Position numbers and translations under genes: made by a program
Origin: Monocercomonoides exilis PA203
Lineage: Eukaryota > Protista > Preaxostyla
Length of the DNA: 64,000 bases
Reading direction: 5' to 3'
Assembly: GCA_001643675.2 (NCBI GenBank)
Contig: LSRY02000016.1
Span: 434,001 to 498,000 of the forward strand
Notes under the pieces: generated by a model
Told to the model about the DNA's origin: nothing
The model's database searches: none
Seen by the model: the letters and a program-made list of their open reading frames with translations, nothing else
Shown: one piece after another, positions 52,565 to 61,620 of the stretch
Layout of the letters: the number at the start of each line of letters is the position of its first letter
How positions within the stretch are numbered: position 1 is the first letter of the stretch

Positions 52565-53780
52565 CATCTTCATGAAATTACTCACTGCCTTTTCTGTGAT
52601 ATTGATTTTTTCTCGCGTAAGCGTTGATTCAGAGGAAGGGATGTAATTCAGTCATTTCCAAAGGTTTGAATTTTGAATTGTCATCCAGATTAATAATGTT
52701 TTGTTATTTCTTTACGATAAACAACTTATATAGGATGATCCCAAGAAACCATTCCACTTGACAGCATTCATGGGATATATGGCTGGCTGCATGCACGTTA
52801 TCCGTGAAACAGACGGAGCACGTGCAAATCGTCACGAAGTTTGTGAAAATTGACAATTTTGGAATGATAGCCAATGGTTGTGTGCAGTATGGTGGGATGA
52901 ATTGAGACTCCACGTGGTCTGCGCTCATTGACAACACTCTGGGCCAAATCCTTGGACGTCAGCGTTAAAAGAAAGTTCTACAAGAAATGGTACAAGTCAA
53001 AGAAGCTCGCCTTCACCAAATACTCTGGCAAATTTGATGCCAACTACAAGAAACAATTGGAACGTATTGTGAAGCACTGCACCGTTCTGCGTATCTTGGC
53101 CCACACTCAAATGAAAATGGTCAACATTGGACAAAAGAAAGCTCATTTGATGAAGATCCAAGTGAACGGTGGAGCCATGGCTGCAAAAGTTCACTTTGCT
53201 TATCAATTGTTCGAAAAGCAAGTGCGTGTCAGCACTGTGTTCAGCGAAGACGAGATGGTCGATCTGATCGGTATCTTTCGTGGTCACGGAACTCAGGGTG
53301 TTGTTGCTCGTTTGTGTGTTCGTAAGCTTCAAAGAAAATCCCATTGTCTGCGCAGGAAGGTTGCTTGCATTGGTGCATGGCATCCATCGCGTGTGTTGCG
53401 CACAGTGGACCGTACGGGTCAGCACGGGTTCTTCCACAGAACTGAAGTGAACAGGAAGATCTATCGTATTGGGCGTGCTGGAGATAGAAAATCAGCTACC
53501 ACCGATTCAGATCTGACAGAGAAAGGAATCACACCTCTTGGTGGTTTCCCACACTACGGAAAAGTTACAAATGATTGGCTGATGATCAAGGGAGGTGTTG
53601 TTGGTACCAAAAAGAGAGTCATCACAATCAGAAAATCAATTCGCCCAGAACGCGAGAGAAGACCAACTTATCTTGAGTTCATCGATGCATCTTCCAAATT
53701 TAGACATGATCACTTCCAGATGCACGCTTTTAAAGCAGCTCAATATGTTGCCTCAAAGAAGGGAGAGACAACAAATAATA
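52565..53780 (+). pseudogene. RPL3: Disabled 60S ribosomal protein uL3 gene retaining an intron
   Basis: Degenerate exon 1 (FFSRKR*..QSFPK), intron 52663-52733, then [16 protein letters not shown] frameshift and in-frame stops (LE**PMV..VG*IETPRG) precede an open region containing RKVACIGAWHP and ITPLGGFPHYG. The 5' boundary is approximate. Confidence 0.88.
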
Positions 53781-54191
53781 TTTTAATGTTTCAATTGTTT
53801 ACCTTTGTGAAGTTGCACAAATTTAAAAGAATGAACGAAAATATTTTAATTTTTAGCGAGGAGTTAATATATATATATAAGTTTGTTTGCTTGTTTGTGA
53901 ATGAGCATTCTTTTATTCAAACATAACTTTTATTATGAAGTAGCTCATCAGCATTCAAAATTAAAATAACTATAGCTGGCAAGTTGATATTATATCGGAC
54001 ACGACAAAATGACTATTTTTGTTGTTGTCTTGATTCGTTATGGCATTTCATTTACATTTTTGTTTAAAAAAATTACACTTAAAATATAGTGCATATTTAT
54101 TGCATTTATGAAAAAAAACAACAATTTGTTCCAAACTTTTTCTGCAATAACCTCAAAATCAGTCTTCCTTAACAACGGTAAATAATGCAAA

Positions 54192-55205
54192 TAGGGTTAT
54201 AATTTTATCTTGACCTTTTTTCTTTATCTTGACCTTTTTCATTTTTGTTATGCTTTCAGCTATACACAAGCCTGCGATAAATAAAAAATAACCTGAAATG
54301 TTTGAAATGTTTTAATTTCCTTATTCTATATTTTTTTTTCAATATTTCTTGTTTTATAAAAAGATCGAGGATTATAATAATTTTTTGTTTTGATCATTGG
54401 CTTGCTGCTTTTCCAGCAGATATTTTTTATCAGAAGTTTTAAGTTTTCATATCATAATACATCGTTTATTTTTTATATGATTTAGTTGTTTTAAACTTTC
54501 TCAACTTGTTTTTTTATCATTTTTTCTCATTTCACACATATATTCAAAAAACACGATTTTAAGGACAAATATGAATTTGTTTTGAAATTTATTGAAATGA
54601 TAAATAAACATTATTAAAATAAAACGATTCTTGTATGTTTAAATGATTATTTGTTTGTATATGTTTGGTAATTGAAATAACAAAAAAATCATATGTACTT
54701 GCTTTTTTGTTAATATTCTTGAAAAGTTCCTTTTCATTTCAAAACTTAATACAAATAAACGATAATTAAGACTTTGTGTATTTTTTTCATTTAAATGAAA
54801 TTTGACACAAACACTTGTTTATTAAAAAAATCGTGTTTTAAGCAAAAACAGTGAAATGAGAAAAAAAGGTCAAAAATTAAATTGAAAATGTTAAAAACAA
54901 GTTAAAATAATAAAATAGGAATGTGAAATTATGATGCTGTAGATAAAAACGTTCGGTATGAAATATTCGCTTCACGGCCAGCAAGTCTTTGATCTGGGTC
55001 CTAAAATTATAAAAAATTTAAATAATTTTTTGAATAGAAAAATTTCAAAATTTTTTTCAACAGAATTCTGAAAAACAAAAATATCAAGAAGTCTATTAAT
55101 TTTGTTTTTGTTTTTCGCCTTTTAACAAATCAAAAAAGCAAAAATAAGTTTCAAAAAAATAGGGTTGAGATAAAAAATTGAGGTCAAGATAAAATATGCA
55201 CCCTA
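54192..55205. mobile_element. ~1-kb non-autonomous foldback element with TA-GGGT..TTTTATCTTGACC TIRs (pogo-related)
   Basis: TAGGGTTATAATTTTATCTTGACC .. GGTCAAGATAAAATATGCACCCTA. Internal mirrored blocks include TTTCTCATTTCAC/GTGAAATGAGAAA and AAAACACGATTTT/AAAATCGTGTTTT. Confidence 0.8.
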
Positions 55206-55289
55206 ATTATTAATTAATTAGAAATAAATTAGAAAATAAAGTTTGATTCAATATTCATTCAATGAAAAATTTCAATTCCATATGGAGTG

Positions 55290-56153
55290 AATACGACGAA
55301 CTTTCAAGCCATTTTTGCTCAATTCAAAAAATCTTTGTTTCACTCATTATTTTATTAAGCTCTCTCTCGCTCCGTGCGTATGAGAAAACCCTGTAAATGG
55401 GACTGCATTCCTTCAATTGTATTTGTCCAAGCACCATTGCGTGGATATTCATATTGCCTTTTGTGGCACACTGTCTTTTGAATGTCACCAATTATCCCAA
55501 AGTGGAATAAGCCTTCAACTCGTCATTCATTTCAGTTGCTCCAAAAAGAGTGTGAGATTTGATACGAGAAATGAGAGTGAAAAAAGAAAGATATGAAACA
55601 ATAATAATGAATTGACTTTCTTATTTCTGAAATACCGTCCGTTCTTTTTTTCACAAAAAATCCAAATTTTCTTTATCTTCTCACTCTCGAATAATTTCTC
55701 CATTCCCACGTTCAATTCTCGATCTCCTCTATCTTTCCTAACCCACTTAACACAGTTGGATTCAGGTTTTTTAAGATCCACACAGGCACATCTCAATACG
55801 CTGCTCCAATAACCCACAACAGCATTATGAACTCCTATCAAAATTTTAATATGCTTTGAAGAAACTCCTTTCAACAATAGAAATTTGATCAATCAAAACT
55901 TTCCCACTTCAAATTTCGAATTTGCCAATGTTGAATTTTTGAACATTGATCTTTTTGTTCCACTTTTTCTACAGGTCCAATAGTGACAATTCTCACCCTC
56001 AGTTTTCGGTTTCAACTCTTTTCCGGGAATACCACACTACGGATGTTTTTCTGTCAGAACCATGTTGAAAAATCATTCCCAAGATCGATCTTCGTTGATA
56101 AATGTGGTTTTCTTTTCAAAGACTGAATATTTTTTTATCATAGGATCTGCCAT
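55290..56153 (-). mobile_element. Degenerate Merlin / IS1595(ISXO2)-like DDE transposase
   Basis: Translation across stops and frameshifts gives a Zn-ribbon-like P*CG..YWTCRKSGTKRSMFKNS, then WIF, GATEMNDELKAYSTL and KTVCH..NGAWTNTIEG. These match the TD..Y..L / TVNH / HTNTIEG pattern. Confidence 0.7.
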
Positions 56154-56416
56154 TTTCCTTTAATGTTTTTTGATCAACCCTTTTTTTTAAATAATTCTCC
56201 CCTTTTATTTTCTCCGATGAATTTTTCTTGTTTCCATGCTATGAATGGTTCAATTAATTTGATGAAAAGTAAACGACGGACAAAAATCAAAAATTTACTC
56301 ACAAAAAATCAAAAACCGGAAACATTAACATCGAGTTTTGAACAATTTATTATCAAAATATTCGATAATGACAATAAGGTATATGACTGAATAAATAAAA
56401 AAATCGAAAATATATA

Positions 56417-56678
56417 ATATGGGTGATAATTTTTGAAATCAAATTTTTTTTTCAAAATTTTCGGTTCAAAAATTTATTTTTAATGTTAACCAATGAACAT
56501 TGAATTGTTAAAAGGCTTATTGAAAACAATTTTTTCTTTGATTAGGTAAAAGTATTTGTTTTCGAAACAGATGTGATAATTTTAGCATTTGATCACAAAT
56601 TTTCTTCTAAAAAACTTTTAATCAATGAAAAATCTACACCCCGAAAAAAGATATGATTTCAAAAATAATCACACATAT
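56417..56678. mobile_element. ~260-bp MITE, copy 2 of the 28205-28471 family
   Basis: ATATGGGTGATAATTTTTGAAATCA .. TGATTTCAAAAATAATCACACATAT, plus the shared internal motifs. Confidence 0.72.
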
Positions 56679-58124
56679 TCAAATCAATTTTAGGTTATAT
56701 TTTGTTTTTTCTGAAAAATCACAGCAAAGACTCATTTTTCAACATTTAAACATTTTTCAAAAAATTTAACAAAGATATTTGGGCTTTAAGAAATTCATTA
56801 ATGAAATTTTGAATTTCATAATTATTTGACAAAGAAAATCGATAATTCATTGAAAAAGCATCAGCAGCGACATTAAAAGCGATTAGTAATGTTAATATCT
56901 TCGTAATCAAAACTTCTTTCGGAGTGTTGATTCTTTAAAGGTCGAACTTCTATGGAGAGAAATCATTCATAAAATGAAAAAATCACAATAATTTCAAAAA
57001 ATAGTTATATTTTGATTATTTTCATTTAATATTTATCATTGAAAGAATAGAAAACTTTTCAGTTATTGTTAATTAATACTCAAAGTTAATTTTCAATTGG
57101 AAACTTTTGATAAAGCGAAATTGGATTCAAAAATAACCACACATAAATATTTGGTCCTGTGATAATTTCGTTTTTATATTGAATGAAAAAATGGTGTAAA
57201 TATGTTCTTACACAGAAAAATGTGATAATGAACCTATTTGATAGTATTCCATGTGATTATTTCCGGTTTTGCTGAATAATCAGCATCGGTAGGGACACAT
57301 GCCTGAATGAAAAAACAATTTTAATATTTTTTTCATTCATTTTCCATCGCAAAAATCACATTTTTAATTTCAATGGATTGCTTTTTAAAAGAAAATATGA
57401 ATTTTAAATCAGACTTGTCAAAAATGTTATAGAAATAGTCTGAATAACATAATAGCACTAAAAGATTGTTATTGATGTTGAAAGAATTTTTTTTTGTGAA
57501 GAACTTCAGGAAAAATCGGGTCATAGTTTATCTTGACTTTTTTTTATAAAGACCGTTTTTTTATTAATCATTAACTTTCCCAACAATTTCAAATAGAAAA
57601 ATTATTTTTTTGTTTATATGGGGAAAAGTGTGGACTTTCAAGCTTTTTTTGCACAAAGCTTGAAAAAATTGTTTTTCTTATTTCATTAAAAAACTTTATC
57701 AGATTTCAATATGAATTGGATTTTCATATCTGTATTCAAACATCATTGATAAAATAACATAATGTTTTGTGACCTCATATGTAATTCAAAAAATTAACCC
57801 ATTTATATCAATTTTTTTGATCACAAAAAGTTAGCCAAAGATGCATGTTTTTTCTATGAAAATGTCCAAAGTCAAATATTTAACCCCATATATGAATTCA
57901 ATAGACAAAAAAACACATTTTGAAGCAAACCCAATTTCGCATAGGGGTGAGATGCAGGGTGGTTTAGCCCCTTCATTGAACTTCTGTGTGTGGAATTGGA
58001 GGGTTGCATGTGGAATAAAACCTTCAGTTTGTTAAAAATGTTATTTTTTGATTTTTTTTTTTCTTCATTTCATTTCAATTTTCAAAATAAAAAATTATAA
58101 CGATCTTAAAAATATTATTAATAA

Positions 58125-59717
58125 ATGAAAATATCAACAGAAATAAAATTAAAAGATGGTAAGAAAAAACTGCAGCGCGCGATGTCTTCGTGTAAGTACA
58201 GGAAGTATCACAGTCGGCTGGAGCGAATGGCTCACATCGTTGTTGATGGAGTTGTTCGCTTGACGGATGCAATTTATTCAAAGGAATTCAGCCGCACAGG
58301 TATCAAAAATGCTGTGAGAGCTCTCAGAAAAGGAAGGCTGGTTGGAAAAATTGGCAGACCTGCAGCAGTTGTTGGCGAAAAGGAACAAAGAGTTTTGGAT
58401 ATTATTTGCATTGAAGCAAAGTCTGGAACATGTTTTACTTAGAAAAAAACAAGAGAATTGGTTTGTTTTATTTTTATTTATATGTTTTAATCATTTGCTT
58501 TTCAGATAGAAAATGTTATAAACGACAACGATGATGAAGACGCACCATTTACTGAAGTTTCAATGTCTGCAACTTACGGCTTTGTCAAGCGTCATCCGGA
58601 GCTGAAGACTGGAACGCCGAAGAATTTGGACATCAACAGACTGGCTGTTTCGTGCAAAAGTGTTTTTAAACACTTGTATTAAACGCTCGACGAGCTTCAT
58701 GAAAAAAACAATTACAATCTAGCTTTTATTATAAATATCGACGAATCTTCAATTCGCGTTCCCACAGACTCAAAACAGCTTGTTGTGCATTCTACAAATA
58801 CGAAAGCAGGTTTTTCGAAGGAACCACCAAGAATGATTAATTCTCCATTCGTGGCAGCTGTGGCAGCAGATGGATATGCCTTTCCTTCTGTTATTCTATG
58901 GCCAAGTGTAAATTTCCCAGAGGAACAGAATAGCCTTTAATCTCCAACGTTGGAAATATGGGCAAATGGAAGCGGCTGGATGGATAACGAGTGATTTAAA
59001 AGGGATGCTCTCACCATTCTTCTTCCTTCTGTTATCGAAAGAAGAAAGCGCATGTCACTTGAAAACGAGCACATTCTTCTCCTTCTTGACTCGCATGCAT
59101 CTCGCGCAGATCCATCGATCTGGCGAGAATTCCAAAAACAACAAGTCGACGTTTTAACCTTCGTGCCACACAGCACACACCTCTGTCAACCACTGGACAG
59201 AGGAGTGTTTGCTGTGTTCAAATCTGAACTGACAAACAGATTTGAGGCTCCCTCTTCTTCTTCATCTTCCTCCAAACGAGCAGCAATTTCAGACGTTCTG
59301 CCTCAAGCCATCCACATAGGATTATCACCTTCAGTTATTCAAAAGGCTTTTGCTTGCAGTGGTGTTCTTCACAACTCTTCTGGGCCAGTTCTTTTGAAAC
59401 TGCCCGAATCTTCAATTTACCCTTTTCCATCCCGAAGAAATAGATTCAACTTTTATGGAAAAGTGATTACCGACGAAAATCTTTTTGAGAAATGGGAAAA
59501 TCATTTGAAAACGAATATTGAAAGGAAAAATGAAATGGATGAAAAGGAGAAAGATGAAGTGAAGACTGTTGTGGATGAAAAGAAAAAAATTAAAAGAAAA
59601 TTCCAACTTGTTAAAAACGATGATTCTGATGATGAAAAGAAAGATCATTCATTAAATCGAGGTGAAGGAAAAAGGATAGTTATCAGAAGAATTAATTCTG
59701 ATTTTGTTTTCTTTTAA
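58125..59717 (+). pseudogene. pogo-like DD35D transposase with one intron and four in-frame stops
   Basis: GRPAAV, YGFVKRHPEL (CENP-B-type HTH), INIDES, AADG, SGWM, LLLLDSHAS and PHSTHLCQPLDRGVF. Intron at 58461-58505. Confidence 0.88.
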
Positions 59718-59786
59718 TAATGTTGTATTTTGAACTTTTTACACTTCATTTTTTTTAAGTCAGAATAAAGAAAAAGGGTCAAGATT

Positions 59787-60150
59787 TAGGGTGGTCCTAA
59801 ATATTTTGATAAAATTATTGAATATGGTGCAAAAAATAACATGAATAAAATTTTTTCATTAAAATAATTACCATTATGAGTCGTTATTAATTGCAATCGT
59901 CTTGTTCATCAATCAAATTCTTGAAGAATCATATCTGTTGAAAATTTTTTGAAAAATATTCGTATTCAATGAATGAATTGTTCGGTTATTCGGAAGCTCC
60001 AAACTGCGACAAATTGAAGCTTATCATTCATTTGATCATCCTTCAAACTGACAAATGTGAAATGAATTCAGTTATATCGATATTTTTTTGATAATTCATT
60101 TTCAATTTCCCATTTTTAATAATTTTAACAAAATATTTAGGACCACCCTA
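59787..60150. mobile_element. 364-bp MITE with ~33-bp TIRs (TAGGGTGGTCCTAAATATTTTG.TAAAATTATT)
   Basis: Near-perfect terminal inverted repeats, with TA at both ends. Confidence 0.88.
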
Positions 60151-60608
60151 TAAAATGATAACCCAATATCCAAATTATTATAAATAGAAAAATTGTTTTA
60201 ATAGACTGTGCAAATTCGCATCGCATAATTATAATCAAACATAGCAACATTAACTTGTGCAAAATAAGAAGTGATAAGATCTGGTTTTGACCTTTCTCTC
60301 GTTTCTCAATCAACAAAACAGTGAAAACTGTTATTTAAAGGAAAAATTGATGGAAAGGGAAGAGTGAAAGAGATGTTCTCAAGAGAAGATCTAGAAGTGT
60401 TTGCAGGAGAAATGTGAATTGAAAGTCTTTGAGGAAAGATTTTTATTTGTCATCAAAGCAAAACAATTGGATTGAGTTCTGAAACTTTTTCAGATAATAT
60501 TTTTTGGAAAATCCGAATTAATGAAGGAATTAGTTCTTTCTGATTGAAAAATTCGAAATGGAGAGGAAGAAACACAATAGTGAAAATTTTAAAAACAAAG
60601 GAAATATT

Positions 60609-61620
60609 TAGGGTCATCTTTTTAATGGGACTTTTTCCCTTATTGGCACTTTTTTTGTTTTTGACTGCCAACTTTCAACAAACGTTGATTGGCTTTCAGT
60701 ACTTCAAAAAACCTTTTTTACAAGTTTAACGCAATTTATTTACAGTTTGTTTTTTAATTTTTGCTTATTACACATTGAGAAATTACGTTTTTTTGTTAAA
60801 TTTGAAAGGACTTTTACCAGCCAACTAGGCAACGTCCAAGAAATTGGATACATGTTTTGAATAGCAAATACTATTATCTAACTACTTTTAAATTCTTTTT
60901 TTTCATAAACACTTTTTTCTTGTTTTTTTCACATTTCATTTTTTTAACAACATTCTTACATAAAACCAATTATTTCTTTGTTAATATAATGAAATGATAA
61001 AAATTAAAATATGATATGAAAATCAAATACATTATTAATGATGTGTTTTAAAAGTTGTTTATAAAAATTTTCTAATTGTCAAGAAATTATCAAAACAATA
61101 AAAGTTTGATCATAGATTAAAAGCAGTTGGTACCATTTGGCTGTTCAAGATAAGTAGTTAAAAACAATGTTTTATATTTTCAACACATCATTTATAATAC
61201 ATATATTCTTCAAAACACATTTTTATTTTTATCATTTCATTATATTAACAAAGAAATAATCGGTTTTATGTAAGAATGTTGATGAAAATTTGAAATGCAA
61301 AAAAAACAAGAAAAAAATGTTTGTGAAAAAAAAGATTTTAAAGATTAATAGTTCGAAGCAAATGCAATAAAAAACATGTCCCCAATTTCTTGGGCGATTC
61401 CCAGTTGGCTAGAAAAAGTCCTTTTAAATTTAACAAAAAAACGAAATTTCTCGATGTGTAAAAAACGAAAATAAAAATAAAAACAGGAAATAAATAGAAT
61501 TAATTTTGTTAAAAAGGATTTTTAAAATGCTGAAAACTACTTCTCATTTCTCGACATTTAGCAAGCAAAAACAAAAAAAGTGCCAATAAGGGAAAAAGTC
61601 CCATTAAAAAGTTGACCCTA
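60609..61620. mobile_element. ~1-kb almost fully palindromic foldback element with TAGGGTCA termini
   Basis: ~55-bp near-perfect TIR (TAGGGTCA.CTTTTTAATGGGACTTTTTCCCTTATTGGCAC). Mirrored arms continue inward, e.g. ACATTCTTACATAAAACCAATTATTTCTTTGTTAATATAATG at ~60950 versus its inverse at ~61235-61280. Confidence 0.9.

Larger units (their letters stand above)
57518..60164 (+). mobile_element. pogo/Tc5-type (DDE_1) DNA transposon, inactive
   Basis: Left TIR GGGTCATAGTTTATCTTGAC at 57518. Right TIR GGTCAAGA..TAAAATGATAACCC is split by an insertion. The element encloses a transposase pseudogene. Confidence 0.8.

Noticed and set aside
52850-52905. In-frame TGA/TAG in RPL3 as a sign of an alternative genetic code or selenocysteine
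   Set aside because: Intact genes here terminate with TAA, TAG and TGA. The stops align to different residues and accompany a frameshift and missense decay.
59786-60614. TTAGGG at element ends as telomeric repeat seeds
   Set aside because: They are single hexamers explained by T + TA target + GGG terminus, with no tandem array.
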